64,000 bases of DNA from an uncultured Verrucomicrobiae bacterium (lineage in GTDB: Bacteria > Verrucomicrobiota > Verrucomicrobiia > Chthoniobacterales > UBA10450). The notes beneath the pieces are model-generated. The model saw only the letters and a program-made list of their open reading frames with translations. It had not been told where the DNA came from and searched no databases. The stretch covers positions 110,554 to 174,553 of the forward strand of contig CAVYXA010000004.1 of NCBI GenBank assembly GCA_963772365.1, read 5' to 3'. Below, piece by piece: positions 49,339-59,682 of this stretch. The position numbers were made by a program, and so were the translations under genes. Each line of letters opens with the position of its first letter. Within the stretch, counting starts at the first letter, position 1.

Positions 49339-50577
49339 GCTGGATTGCCCTTGCAAGTGCGCAAGTAACTGATCGTGCGACACGAGCTTCTCTTCCCGCG
49401 TGGCCAGTTTCTTCACCTTTACCTGTGGCCATTCATCGCCGTAAAGCAACGCAAGTTCGGCTCCTAAATCTTCAGCGGTCTGAAATTGCCGCGCCACCTT
49501 TTCGGATCCGAGCGGATAGTCGACCCGGTAACCGCGGTCGCGAAGCTGCTGAATTTGACCGAGTGCATCGGCCCGACGCGCTTCCTTTGCGATCACAACG
49601 TAAATGTCGATCTTCGATTCGGTGGCGATTGATTTTTTCATTTCGTCTCGCGCGCGCTCGGTTTCGTTGATCAACTCGCCTAGGACCACGTCGCCCATGG
49701 CAAAACCGAGAGCCGGCATTTTTACTGCGCCTTCACTGAGCAAGCCGACGAGATTGTCATAACGGCCACCGCCCGCGATGGCTCGCAGTTTTCCTGAACG
49801 ATCGAACACTTCAAAAACCGTCCCGGTGTAATAAGCCAGCCCGCGCACGATCCGAACGTCGACGTCGACAAAGCCGGCCAGTCCGCGTCCGCGCAAGCCA
49901 TCGACCAGCTCGTCGAGCTTTGAGCTTTTCCCGCCTTCCTTTAAGATCGCAAAAACTGAATCGGCCAGCGGCCCGAGTTTCTCTCGCGTTTTCTCCGGCG
50001 ATTCGCGCTCGGACTTATCGATGATCTGAAGAATCTCATCCCACTTTTCCGGCCCGACATTTTTCGACTTGAGAAAATCGGTCCAAAACCCGCGATCGCT
50101 GAGACGAACGACGACATCGCTTTCGGTGAATCCGAACCCGCGGAGGATGTCGATGCAAAGCGCGACCAGCTCGATGTCTGCTGTTAAATCCGATGCGCCG
50201 AGAATATCGCAATTCAGTTGATAATGTTCTCGCAACCGGCCGCGTTGCTGTTTCTCGTAGCGAAAAAACTGCCCAATGGAAAACCACTTCAGCGGCTTCT
50301 TGAATCCGCGCTCGTGCGCGGCGACAACCCGGGCCAAAGTCGGCGTAAGTTCGGGGCGCATCGCCACTTCGCGCTCGCCTTTGTCGATGAAATTGAAAAG
50401 CTGATCGACAATTTCCGGGCCGCTTTTTTTGCGATAGAGGTCGGTTGGTTCCAGAACCGGGCCGTCCCATTCCACAAAACCGTAGCGCTTCGCGACCTCG
50501 CGCCACTTCGCAAAAATGTAATTTCGCCGGGCGCAGGCGTCGGGCAAAAAATCGCGAAATCCAGGCAGAGGCTGCAT
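49327..50577 (-). CDS. hisS: Histidine-tRNA ligase
   Basis: MRPELT, FRYEKQQRGRLREH, VRGLAYYTG, GGGRYDNL. Confidence 0.96.
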   Translation of the reverse strand: MQPLPGFRDFLPDACARRNYIFAKWREVAKRYGFVEWDGPVLEPTDLYRKKSGPEIVDQLFNFIDKGEREVAMRPELTPTLARVVAAHERGFKKPLKWFSIGQFFRYEKQQRGRLREHYQLNCDILGASDLTADIELVALCIDILRGFGFTESDVVVRLSDRGFWTDFLKSKNVGPEKWDEILQIIDKSERESPEKTREKLGPLADSVFAILKEGGKSSKLDELVDGLRGRGLAGFVDVDVRIVRGLAYYTGTVFEVFDRSGKLRAIAGGGRYDNLVGLLSEGAVKMPALGFAMGDVVLGELINETERARDEMKKSIATESKIDIYVVIAKEARRADALGQIQQLRDRGYRVDYPLGSEKVARQFQTAEDLGAELALLYGDEWPQVKVKKLATREEKLVSHDQLLAHLQGQSSLSF

Positions 50578-50675
50578 AGAGCTTAATTGTCGCTGCTGCA
50601 AAGAATTGCGGCGACACGGCCATGTGGATGTCGAATCACGAACCAAACATAGTTGAATCAAAACAGAGGGAAAAT

Positions 50676-51101
50676 ATGAAACACACCAGATTAGCAAAAA
50701 TATTGGGGGCAGGAGCAGCTTTGGCCGTCGCGATTAGCGTGGTGAATGCACAGGAGACAACCACCTCGACGACGACAACTGCGGGAGGCTCAACCACAAC
50801 GGCGTCAACGACGACAACGGCCTCAGGCACAATCATGGGTTACCAGCCCAGCTCGGATTACATTACGTTCCGAACCGAGGCTAGCCCTGAGCCGGTGCGC
50901 TATTACTACAATCAAGATACGACGATTGTTGATCCGACAGGACGCAGCGTGACTTGGTCGCAAATTCGTCCGGACATGCCAGCCACAGTCTATTACGCCA
51001 ACGTAGGCGATCGTACCGTGATTCGGAGAATCGTGTTAAGTCGACCCGTGACCGTAGAAAAGAAAACCACCACGACCACAACGACACATCACGAGGATTA
51101 A
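50676..51101 (+). CDS. Secreted Thr-rich small protein
   Basis: RBS GAGGG, signal peptide ending VNA, poly-Thr tracts at both ends of a beta-rich core. Confidence 0.75.
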   Translation: MKHTRLAKILGAGAALAVAISVVNAQETTTSTTTTAGGSTTTASTTTTASGTIMGYQPSSDYITFRTEASPEPVRYYYNQDTTIVDPTGRSVTWSQIRPDMPATVYYANVGDRTVIRRIVLSRPVTVEKKTTTTTTTHHED

Positions 51102-51147
51102 GATGTAGGGTACCTGCGGCGCCAACGCCGTGGCTAAAAATTCAAGG

Positions 51148-51182
51148 CGCTCGCGGAGTAAGGTCCGCGAGCGTTCTTGTTT
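51148..51182 (+). terminator. Intrinsic terminator between convergent genes
   Basis: CGCTCGCGGA-GTAAGG-TCCGCGAGCG then TTCTTGTTT. Confidence 0.7.
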
Positions 51183-51186
51183 AGAT

Positions 51187-52158
51187 TTAATCTCCGTAAC
51201 CGCGCGGGAATTTCTTGTGCCATCTCCACGCGCTCTCGATGATCGCGTCCAGGGATTGAAACTGCGGGCTCCAACCGAGCTCGCGCTTTATCTTTTCCGA
51301 GGAAGCAATTAAACGCGGTGGATCGCCGGCGCGCCGCGGTTTTTCGGCGATGTCGATCTTACGCCCCGTTATTTTGCGACAGCATTCGATAACTTCGCGA
51401 ACGCTCGAGCCGCCACCGGTGCCGAGGTTATAGAATTCACTCTTGTCTGAACTCAGGGCAAGGATGTGCGCCTGAGCAAGATCGACAATGTGAATGTAAT
51501 CACGGATGCAAGTACCATCCGGCGTCTCATAGTCGGTCCCGAAGATTTCGACCTGGGATCTTTCGCCCAGAGCAACTTTGAGAACATTGGGAATCAGATG
51601 AGTCTCAAGCCGATGATCTTCCCCGAATTTTTCCGACGCGCCCGCGGCATTGAAATATCGCAATGAGACAAATCGTAAACCGTGGATTTGGTCGTACCAG
51701 CGCAGGATTTTTTCAAACCCTAGTTTGGATTCGCCGTAAGGATTGATCGGGCGAGTTGGCATCGTTTCGTCGATTGGCACTTGATCCGGCGGACCGAAAA
51801 TGGCGCACGTGGACGAAAACACGAGCCGCTTCACATTGGTCGCCACCATCGCATCAAGCAGGTTCAAGCCGTTGGCGATGTTGTTGCGGAAATACTTGGA
51901 TGGATTCTGCATCGATTCGCCAACGAGAGCATTGGCGGCGAAGTGCATGACCGCCTCGGACTTGCCCCTCTTCAATGCAGCTTCAATGGATTGTCGATCT
52001 TGCAAATCCCCTTCGATGAAATCCGCCCGAGGATCGACCGCCAGCCGATGGCCTTCGCTGAGATTATCGAAGATCGCGACTTCGTGACTTTGGTTGAGCA
52101 GCAGCTCGGCGCAAACGCTGCCGATATAACCGGCGCCACCGACGACCAGAATTTTCAT
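51187..52158 (-). CDS. galE: UDP-glucose 4-epimerase
   Basis: GGAGYIGS, PYGESK, LRYFNAAG, DGTCIRDYIH. Confidence 0.93.
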   Translation of the reverse strand: MKILVVGGAGYIGSVCAELLLNQSHEVAIFDNLSEGHRLAVDPRADFIEGDLQDRQSIEAALKRGKSEAVMHFAANALVGESMQNPSKYFRNNIANGLNLLDAMVATNVKRLVFSSTCAIFGPPDQVPIDETMPTRPINPYGESKLGFEKILRWYDQIHGLRFVSLRYFNAAGASEKFGEDHRLETHLIPNVLKVALGERSQVEIFGTDYETPDGTCIRDYIHIVDLAQAHILALSSDKSEFYNLGTGGGSSVREVIECCRKITGRKIDIAEKPRRAGDPPRLIASSEKIKRELGWSPQFQSLDAIIESAWRWHKKFPRGYGD

Positions 52159-52191
52159 GCGCCCGGACAATGCGGCGCGACCCGCCCGAAA

Positions 52192-52725
52192 TCAAAGCGA
52201 AGTGTGAGAATCGACTTGTGCAATCGTCCCAGGCTTTTTCCTCTGGAGAGCTGCGACCATTCGCCGCACGGAGCGATGCCCGGTGCGCGGTCCGAGAACC
52301 TTTAGACTTTTTTCCTCCGAGCCCCATTGCAAGATGTCGATGTCAACATTTCGCACACCCCATCGTCTCATCTCCAAGCGGCTGGTTTTGTAGAGATCGA
52401 TGGTGTTAGTGCCGACCAACGCAGTTCCGTAATCGTCAATGATGTATTCGTCGTTTGTTCCAACGATTCGGAAATGCGTGCCAACCGGAAAGCGGGACCA
52501 GTCAGACGCGGCGCTCATCACATGACGCCCGGCTAGGCCTTGGCCCAGGGCATTGTGCCGTCCGCCCCGTTCGGTGTGAGTGTAAGCAGTTGTGCGGACG
52601 TGATGCATTCGGCGCAGATGCGCTGCGGCGGTTCGAGATGCCTGCGGTTGTTGCGCACAACCCGCGAGGAAGCAAACGGCAACGACTCCAATTACAAGGC
52701 CAAGACTCCCAGGAACCTGCAACAT
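52192..52725 (-). CDS. 3D-domain (MltA-like) lipoprotein
   Basis: Lipobox LAGC; TTAY, AASD..FPVGT, DDYG, IDLY. Confidence 0.75.
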   Translation of the reverse strand: MLQVPGSLGLVIGVVAVCFLAGCAQQPQASRTAAAHLRRMHHVRTTAYTHTERGGRHNALGQGLAGRHVMSAASDWSRFPVGTHFRIVGTNDEYIIDDYGTALVGTNTIDLYKTSRLEMRRWGVRNVDIDILQWGSEEKSLKVLGPRTGHRSVRRMVAALQRKKPGTIAQVDSHTSL

Positions 52726-52814
52726 TCCCGGCCTCCATAGCAATTAATGCGGCCACTGGCAAATAATTATTGCCAGCTAGGACTCTATTGCCTGTCTGGT
52801 GCAAACCGTCCCGT

Positions 52815-53276
52815 TCAGGCCGGGCCCGATCCGGTCAATTGTGTGGTGCAATGAGGGCAACGGGTCGCTTTGATTGGAATACTCATGGCGCAGGCCGGGC
52901 AATCTTTCGCGACCGGAGCAGCCGTAGGGCTCGGCCGCTTCAGTCGATTCATCGCCTTGACCACAAGGAAAATACAGAAAGCGACTATCAGAAAATTGAT
53001 CACCAGGGTAATGAAGTTTCCGTAATTCCAAGTCACGGCTCCCGCTTTCAGTGCTTCGTCAGGCGTATGAAACGGACCACCGCCAGACGGCGGGGCCTTG
53101 AGAATCATGAACTTATTTGAGAAATCGAGGCCGCCGGTGATCAGGCTGATCGGCGGCATCAAAATGTCTTTGACCAGTGAGTTAACAATTCCCCCAAAGG
53201 CAGCACCGATAATCACACCGACGGCGAGATCGACAGCATTTCCCTTAACAGCGAACTCTTTGAATTCCTTCCACAT
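52815..53276 (-). CDS. mscL: Large-conductance mechanosensitive channel with C-terminal CxxC-CxxC
   Basis: [28 protein letters not shown]. Confidence 0.95.
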   Translation of the reverse strand: MWKEFKEFAVKGNAVDLAVGVIIGAAFGGIVNSLVKDILMPPISLITGGLDFSNKFMILKAPPSGGGPFHTPDEALKAGAVTWNYGNFITLVINFLIVAFCIFLVVKAMNRLKRPSPTAAPVAKDCPACAMSIPIKATRCPHCTTQLTGSGPA

Positions 53277-53291
53277 CCAAGATGTTTGTAG

Positions 53292-55901
53292 CTAGCCGAT
53301 AACGATGTTGACAAGCTTTTTCGGAACGACCACCACCTTGCGGACTTGCTTGCCTTCAATCTGTTGCTGAATCTTTGGATTGACCAAGGCAGCAGCTTTC
53401 ATTTCTTCCTCGCTCACTAGGATCGACATCGTCACGCGATCACGCAGTTTGCCGTTCACTTGCAGAACAATTTCCACTTCGTCTTCGACCAGTAGTTTTT
53501 CGTCAAAATCGGGCCAGGATTCTTCCGCGATGTCGCTTTTGGATCCGAGTTTTTCCCAAAGCTCGGATGAAATATGTGGCGCGAATGGGTTCAACAGAAT
53601 CAGAAATGTGCGCATGGCCGGGATGGGGATCGTTTCCGAATTCACAAACGCGTTAACGAAAATCATCATCTGGGAGATCGCGGTATTGAAGGAAAGCGAT
53701 TCAATGTCCTCGGTGACTTTCTTGATCGTGCGGTGCAGGATCTTCAGTTGCGCTCTAGTAGGATCGACATCTTTCAGCGACTGCGACAGTTCCCATCGAC
53801 CGGCCTGGTTTTCCGTCATCATTAAGCGCCAGACCCGGGCCAGAAATCGCGCTATGCCCTCCACACCGCGCATGCTCCACGGCTTCATCTGCTCGAGAGG
53901 GCCCATAAACATTTCGTAACAGCGGAATGCATCCGCGCCGTATTCGTCGATCACATCATCGGGATCGATCACGTTTCCCCAGCGCTTCGACATTTTGCGA
54001 TTGTCCTCGCCGAGAATGATCCCTTGATTCACCAAACGTTGAAACGGCTCCGGTTTGGATAAATACCCGAGATCGAAAAGTACTTTGTGCCAGAAACGGG
54101 CGTAAAGGAGATGCAAGACGGCGTGCTCGGTTCCGCCGACGTATAGATCAACGCCGCCAGCTTTCTCGCCGCCCATCCAATACTTCTCAGCCTTTTCGCC
54201 GACAAAACGTTGGTCATTGTGTGGATCGCAGAATCGCAGGTAGTACCAGCACGAGCCCGCCCATTGCGGCATCACGTTCGCTTCGCGCGTTGCTGTTTCG
54301 GAATAACGAATCCAATCTTTCGCCTTGGCCAGCGGCGGCTCACCGGTTCCGGTCGGTTTGTAATCTTCGAGAGGTGGCGGAACGATTGGCAGTTCCTCGT
54401 CGGATAACGCACGATGCTTTCCGTCCTCCCACACAATCGGAAAAGGCTCGCCCCAGTATCTCTGCCGTGAGAACAACCAGTCGCGCAGTTTGTAATTGAT
54501 CGCGCGCTTGCCCAGTCCACGTTGTTCCAGCCAGGCCGTGATCTTGCGAATTGCTTCTTGTGACGGAAGCCCCTCGATAATCGGTGAATTGATAGCAACG
54601 CCATCACCGACAAATCCGATCGGATTTTCGCCACCTGGCGGCTGAACTACCTGCCGGATCGGGAGATTGAATTTACGCGCGAACTCCAAGTCTCGTTCGT
54701 CATGCGCCGGGACAGCTTGAATCGCTCCGGTGCCATAACCCATCAGAACATAATCAGCAATCCAGATCGGAATTTTTTCCCGATTGATGGGATTGATCGC
54801 GTAGCTGCCGGTGAACTCGCCAGTTTTCTCCTTTGCAAGGTCAGTACGTTCCAAATCGGACTTGGCCGCCGCCTTTTGTCGATACCCATGTACCGCCTCG
54901 CGCCGTTCGGATGTCGTAAGCTGTTCAACAAACGGATGCTCGGGTGCGATTACAAGATAGGTCGCGCCGTAAATCGTGTCGGGACGCGTCGTAAAAACAT
55001 TGATGTTCAGTGTTCCCAGAATGCCCTGCGCGTCGGAGTAATTGTGCTGAAATTCAATCGTTGCCCCTTCGCTGCGGCCGATCCAATTCCGTTGAAGTAA
55101 TTTGATTCCTTCGGGCCAATCCAAGCCTTCGAGCTCATTGATTAATCGCTCCGCGTAGGCGCTGATGCGTAACATCCATTGCCGCATTGGTCGTTTCGCA
55201 ACTGGAAAGCCGCCGACTTCACTCCGTCCTTCTATGACCTCTTCGTTCGCTAGTACCGTACCGAGTTCTTCGCACCACCAAACGGGCACTTCATCCACGT
55301 ACACAAGACGTCGATCATTAACGAGCTTTTCGATGGTTTCCGATGACCAGGCATTATATTCCTTCCAGGATTTCATGTTTTCGCGCAGTTCAGAAATCGG
55401 TCGTGCTTTCTGCAAATCGTCGTCGAACCAGGAATTATAAATCTGGAGAAAAATCCACTGCGTCCACTTGTAATAGCCAGGATCGGTGGTGTTGATCTCG
55501 CGCTGCCAATCGTAGGAAAAACCGATCCGCCTCAGCTGCGATTTGAAACGCGCCACGTTTTCGCGTGTGGTGATGGCAGGATGTTGGCCACTCTTGATCG
55601 CGTATTGCTCCGCCGGTAAACCAAACGCGTCCCAGCCCATTGGATGCAGAACATTGAAGCCGCGCATCCGTTTGTAGCGCGCAATGATATCCGTGGCGGT
55701 ATAACCTTCCGGATGTCCAACGTGCAATCCCGCGCCGCTCGGATACGGAAACATGTCGAGCACGTAAAACTTCGGCTTGGCCGGATCGAAATTTTTGTCG
55801 CCGGGATTGGCTGCATAAAACGATTGTCGATCGTCCCAGATCTTCTGCCATTTCGGCTCGATCTGATCGAACGGATAAGGTTTGCGGCGCTCGCTGCTCA
55901 T
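53292..55901 (-). CDS. leuS: Leucine-tRNA ligase
   Basis: MFPYPSG.GLHVGH, TTRPDT, SRQRYWG, KMSKR. Confidence 0.97.
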   Translation of the reverse strand: MSSERRKPYPFDQIEPKWQKIWDDRQSFYAANPGDKNFDPAKPKFYVLDMFPYPSGAGLHVGHPEGYTATDIIARYKRMRGFNVLHPMGWDAFGLPAEQYAIKSGQHPAITTRENVARFKSQLRRIGFSYDWQREINTTDPGYYKWTQWIFLQIYNSWFDDDLQKARPISELRENMKSWKEYNAWSSETIEKLVNDRRLVYVDEVPVWWCEELGTVLANEEVIEGRSEVGGFPVAKRPMRQWMLRISAYAERLINELEGLDWPEGIKLLQRNWIGRSEGATIEFQHNYSDAQGILGTLNINVFTTRPDTIYGATYLVIAPEHPFVEQLTTSERREAVHGYRQKAAAKSDLERTDLAKEKTGEFTGSYAINPINREKIPIWIADYVLMGYGTGAIQAVPAHDERDLEFARKFNLPIRQVVQPPGGENPIGFVGDGVAINSPIIEGLPSQEAIRKITAWLEQRGLGKRAINYKLRDWLFSRQRYWGEPFPIVWEDGKHRALSDEELPIVPPPLEDYKPTGTGEPPLAKAKDWIRYSETATREANVMPQWAGSCWYYLRFCDPHNDQRFVGEKAEKYWMGGEKAGGVDLYVGGTEHAVLHLLYARFWHKVLFDLGYLSKPEPFQRLVNQGIILGEDNRKMSKRWGNVIDPDDVIDEYGADAFRCYEMFMGPLEQMKPWSMRGVEGIARFLARVWRLMMTENQAGRWELSQSLKDVDPTRAQLKILHRTIKKVTEDIESLSFNTAISQMMIFVNAFVNSETIPIPAMRTFLILLNPFAPHISSELWEKLGSKSDIAEESWPDFDEKLLVEDEVEIVLQVNGKLRDRVTMSILVSEEEMKAAALVNPKIQQQIEGKQVRKVVVVPKKLVNIVIG

Positions 55902-55920
55902 CGGATTATCTCTTAGGAAA

Positions 55921-55953
55921 GCTCGCCTCGGCGAGTCCGTCCAGTGGGCGGAC
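55921..55953 (+). repeat. Intergenic copy of the double-hairpin element
   Basis: GCTCGCCTCGGCGAGTCCGTCCAGTGGGCGGAC with AGGAAA on both sides. Confidence 0.65.
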
Positions 55954-55972
55954 AGGAAAGCAGGAAAAGAAA

Positions 55973-56560
55973 ATGGATTTGGTGTTAGCCACGCGCAACG
56001 TGCATAAGACCCGCGAATTTCAGCGGATTCTAGGAGCTGACTTCATCATCCAGGATCTAACCGGCTATTCCGCGATTTCTGAGATCGCCGAAACCGGAAG
56101 AACTTTCGAAGAGAATGCGGCTTTGAAAGCGGCTTCCGTATCAAAAGAAATCCCCGGCTTGGTTGTTGCCGACGATTCGGGATTGGAAGTGGACGCGCTC
56201 GGCAGTGCACCGGGAATTTACTCAGCCCGATACGCTGGCAAGAACGCAACGGACAAGGAGAACATCGACAAGTTGCTTCGTGAACTGAAACGGGTCGGAT
56301 CGGACAACGACATCAGGACTGCCCGATTTCATTGTGTGCTCGCTGTCGCCAGAGAAGGAAGATTGCTCGAAACTTTTGAAGGAGTTGTTGAGGGGAAGAT
56401 TGTCGATGCTCCGCGTGGCAACGGTGGCTTTGGGTACGATCCTCTCTTCGCGCCGAATGGATTTAATAACACGTTCGGCGAGCTTTCAGCCTCCGAGAAA
56501 GACCAGATTAGCCACAGAGCCCGCGCTCTGGAAAAATTACGCTCTCGGTTTTCAGCTTGA
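55973..56560 (+). CDS. rdgB: Non-canonical purine NTP pyrophosphatase
   Basis: [29 protein letters not shown]. Confidence 0.93.
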   Translation: MDLVLATRNVHKTREFQRILGADFIIQDLTGYSAISEIAETGRTFEENAALKAASVSKEIPGLVVADDSGLEVDALGSAPGIYSARYAGKNATDKENIDKLLRELKRVGSDNDIRTARFHCVLAVAREGRLLETFEGVVEGKIVDAPRGNGGFGYDPLFAPNGFNNTFGELSASEKDQISHRARALEKLRSRFSA

Positions 56561-57616
56561 ACGAGCCGAAGCGATTTGCGTCGCAAAATCCCGCGCTGCG
56601 CGCAATTTTTCCATCGCGCCGCCGTTCTTAATCCCCTCGCGCGCTAGAACAATTCCGCCGTTCAAATCGCGGACGAGGCCGGCTACGACGAATCCAGCGG
56701 CAGCATTCGCGATGACCAGATCGTAGATCGGTCCGGTATTTTTTCCGGACAGGATTGCTTCGATGATTTCGGCGGTTTCGCGAGCATTCGTAGCGCGCAA
56801 ATCAGCCAGTGTCGAACGGGGAACTCCCACCCAGGCAACATCCAAAACGGCCGTGGTGATCTTATCCCCGTCGAGCTCGGCGATGGTCGTTGCGCCGCAG
56901 GTTGAAACATCATCCAAGCCGCTATCGTCATCGCACAAACCGTGAACGAGCCAGGCTCGCTCGCGGTGAAGTTCTCGCAGCACTTCCGCAAAAATCGGTG
57001 GCAGACGCGGCGAAAAAACGCCGATCAATTGCCGCGGCGGCCGCGCCGGATTCAGCAGCGGCCCGAGCAGATTTAGAACTGTCGTCACGTTTTCGGCTGC
57101 GAACGGGCGGCGAAGTTCCACGATTGCGCGAAACGCTGGGAGATAGTCTGCCGCGAAAACAAATCCAAACCCCAACCGTTGCAGGGATTCTTTCAAATCA
57201 CCCGGCGAAAGCTGAGTGGGGACGCCGAGCTCTGCGAGAACATGGTCTGTGCTGACGGGCGAAACGCCGCTCCGGCTGGCATGCTTGACGACGACCGCGC
57301 CACCGGCCGCCAAAATGAACATCGCCGCCGGCGCGACGTTAAAGCGATTTGCCGTGGCGCCACCGGTTCCACCGACGTCGATCATCGGTCCGCTTAAAGC
57401 TCCGGCATCGATTCCCAGATCGACAGCGTCCTTCATCAGCGCTTGAGTAAATCCGATGATTTCCTCGGCTGTTTCACCTTTTCGATGCAGCGCATCGAGA
57501 AACGCAGTTTTGGTTTTCTCGTCGATCTCACTCGAAAGTAATTGCGCCACAGCGGATTCGATTTCGCCTCGGGCAAGATCGAAACCGCTGGTTACTTTCG
57601 AAGTCAGGGAATGCAT
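56552..57616 (-). CDS. Anthranilate phosphoribosyltransferase-like protein with degenerate motifs
   Basis: TrpD-like (KGETAEEI, GTGG, NLLGPLLNP, QLIGV) but KHASR and GGATANRFNVAP replace KHGNR and GGDG..TFNIST. Confidence 0.75.
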   Translation of the reverse strand: MHSLTSKVTSGFDLARGEIESAVAQLLSSEIDEKTKTAFLDALHRKGETAEEIIGFTQALMKDAVDLGIDAGALSGPMIDVGGTGGATANRFNVAPAAMFILAAGGAVVVKHASRSGVSPVSTDHVLAELGVPTQLSPGDLKESLQRLGFGFVFAADYLPAFRAIVELRRPFAAENVTTVLNLLGPLLNPARPPRQLIGVFSPRLPPIFAEVLRELHRERAWLVHGLCDDDSGLDDVSTCGATTIAELDGDKITTAVLDVAWVGVPRSTLADLRATNARETAEIIEAILSGKNTGPIYDLVIANAAAGFVVAGLVRDLNGGIVLAREGIKNGGAMEKLRAARDFATQIASARSS

Positions 57617-57639
57617 TTGTGTGCTCGATTAGAACCGAC

Positions 57640-57731
57640 CTGTCATTCTGAGCGAAGCGAAGAATCTCTGATCATTCGTTTCCGCGACACCCGAAATGGT
57701 CAGAGATGTTTCGCTTCGCTCAACATGACAG
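57640..57731. repeat. TGTCA-type palindromic element
   Basis: TGTCATTCTGAGCGAAGCGAAGAATCTC ... GAGATGTTTCGCTTCGCTCAACATGACA. Confidence 0.9.
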
Positions 57732-57762
57732 AGGGGCGACCGCTGCTCAACCTTTTGCCCTT

Positions 57763-58863
57763 TCAAGGCCCTGAAATCTCACCAAGCCACTCCCGATACA
57801 CGCGCGGCGAAATCTCCGATGGCTTGATCTCGCTGCGGCCACCCCAGAAAACATTCGTGTAAGAAACCGGAATACTGCTGGCTTGAAGATGTCGATCTAT
57901 GGCGGCTTTGTGCTCGAGCAATAACTGTTTATCAGTGCCATGAGCCACCGCCATGATATTCACATTTTTGAATTCCGGGCCGGCTTCACGCCAGTAGCAA
58001 TGCGTCAGGATGTGATGCCGTCCGACTTCACCGCCGGTCTCAATCTCGCGGCCCGTTGGAATGGCCCAGTGAAATAGAGCGTTAAACCGAGTCACGCGTA
58101 CGCCGCCAGCCGACGGCTTCACGTGTTCGAGAAAGGTTGAGAATCGTCCGATGATTTTGCGTTTCGATAACTCTTCCGCGACGCGATAAAATTCATCGAG
58201 CGACACGCCGGATTCATCGGCGCGTTTCTTCCATGGCGTCGGCGCGATTTCTCCCAAAGTGAATTCTCGCTTGAGCGCGAGCAACACGTTCCATTCGTGC
58301 TCGTTAAGATCGACAGCCTGCACCGGAATCATTTTTGCCCGCTGATCGGCTTTAGATCCCGGCTCGATCGCTTTTCGGCGAACATGGCCAACACCGAGAG
58401 TGAAAATTCCCTTGGCCGGCATGACACGAAAGCGTTCCGCGCCAACTTTTTTCGCCAGCAACTCACAATGTTGCTGCAACGAAAATCCGTGCGGCACTTT
58501 TACTGTGGTCCAAAGTTTATAATCCGAGCCGGCGGTGGCGGTCTCTGTCGAACGTAACACCACATGACCGGAAAACGGATCGCGCTGGAACATCCAATCG
58601 AAGGCGCTATCGATCTTCTCCTCGGGAACTTTCCACGCCACCAGCGCGCCATCGGCCAAATTCGTGGCGAGCAAAGTTTGCCGGACACGCCGTATCGTCC
58701 CCGCGCGCAGCATGGCTGGGATCCGCGCCATTACCACATCGACGTCGACACCCGAGCGTCGGGCGATTTCTTCAAACGGTTCGCGCACGAAGCCCTCGAT
58801 CTTGTCCTCAGACACAGCGAGGATCTTCGCGTTGATGGGATCGTTGTGTTCGACAGGGATCAT
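57763..58863 (-). CDS. Tandem Lrp/AsnC-fold protein, siroheme decarboxylase (AhbA/B, NirDL)-like fusion
   Basis: Two HTH + ferredoxin-like units; LVAWKV...GHVVLR and THCYWR...MAVAHG. Confidence 0.65.
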   Translation of the reverse strand: MIPVEHNDPINAKILAVSEDKIEGFVREPFEEIARRSGVDVDVVMARIPAMLRAGTIRRVRQTLLATNLADGALVAWKVPEEKIDSAFDWMFQRDPFSGHVVLRSTETATAGSDYKLWTTVKVPHGFSLQQHCELLAKKVGAERFRVMPAKGIFTLGVGHVRRKAIEPGSKADQRAKMIPVQAVDLNEHEWNVLLALKREFTLGEIAPTPWKKRADESGVSLDEFYRVAEELSKRKIIGRFSTFLEHVKPSAGGVRVTRFNALFHWAIPTGREIETGGEVGRHHILTHCYWREAGPEFKNVNIMAVAHGTDKQLLLEHKAAIDRHLQASSIPVSYTNVFWGGRSEIKPSEISPRVYREWLGEISGP

Positions 58864-58887
58864 GGATCGGGCAAGCCTACGATACAG

Positions 58888-58979
58888 TGTCATTCTGAGC
58901 GAAGCGAAGAATCTCCATTCATTCCTCTGCGGCTCCCAAAAGCAGAAATGTGAGATGTTTCGCTTCGCTCAACATGACA
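58888..58979. repeat. TGTCA-type palindromic element, arms identical to 57640
   Basis: Same left and right arms, different spacer. Confidence 0.9.
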
Positions 58980-59013
58980 GAGCAGATGTAGAGCGTTACA
59001 CCGTTAGATTGGA

Positions 59014-59682
59014 ATGGGATTCAAAGCGATTTTTTTCGACGCTGCGGAGACGCTCTTCTCTCTCACCGGAACTGTGGGCGATCATTACGCGCTCGTGGGT
59101 CGTGAAGTCGGTCTTGATCTGGACGCACAAAAGTTGGATCGCGCTTTTTATTCAGCGTGGAGCCGAATGCGGCGGCGCGAAGCGATCGATGGCCCGCGCG
59201 AGAACGACGACAAAGATTGGTGGCGCCGGCTTGTCGATCTTGTCCTCGATGAAACTGCTCCAGAATTAAGGCGACTCGACCGTGACAATTTCTTCGAGAT
59301 CGCTTACGAACATTTCGCCGAAGCCGGGGTCTGGGAATTGTATCCGGAAGTTGTCGATGTCCTGGAGAAGCTTCGACCGCGTTTTCAGCTCGCTGTCGTT
59401 TCCAATTTCGATGGACGTTTGCGCATGATCCTGGAACAACTCGGCATCTCGAAATTCTTTTCGCACGTTTTTGTCTCCAGCGAGATCGGCGCAGATAAAC
59501 CCGATCCCGAGATTTTTCGGCGGGCGCTAAAATTAATCGAGATTGCTCCCAACGAAGTCCTTCATGTGGGCGACGATCCAGAGCGAGATTGGAAAGCGGC
59601 CGGTGAAGCGGGCTTGTCGATCTTCAAATTAGATCGACAAAGGAACTCGCTGCACAAATTGATAAAGACCCTGCAATTGTAG
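59014..59682 (+). CDS. HAD-superfamily hydrolase
   Basis: FFDAAETL, VSNFD, KPDPEIF, HVGDD...D. Confidence 0.9.
   Translation: MGFKAIFFDAAETLFSLTGTVGDHYALVGREVGLDLDAQKLDRAFYSAWSRMRRREAIDGPRENDDKDWWRRLVDLVLDETAPELRRLDRDNFFEIAYEHFAEAGVWELYPEVVDVLEKLRPRFQLAVVSNFDGRLRMILEQLGISKFFSHVFVSSEIGADKPDPEIFRRALKLIEIAPNEVLHVGDDPERDWKAAGEAGLSIFKLDRQRNSLHKLIKTLQL

Noticed and set aside
49250..49432. N-terminal extension of AspS in the ORF track (similar cases for trxB, hisS, gpsA and the Ahb-like gene)
   Set aside because: Open frame running through a palindromic element or the neighbouring gene; family similarity starts at the downstream Met.
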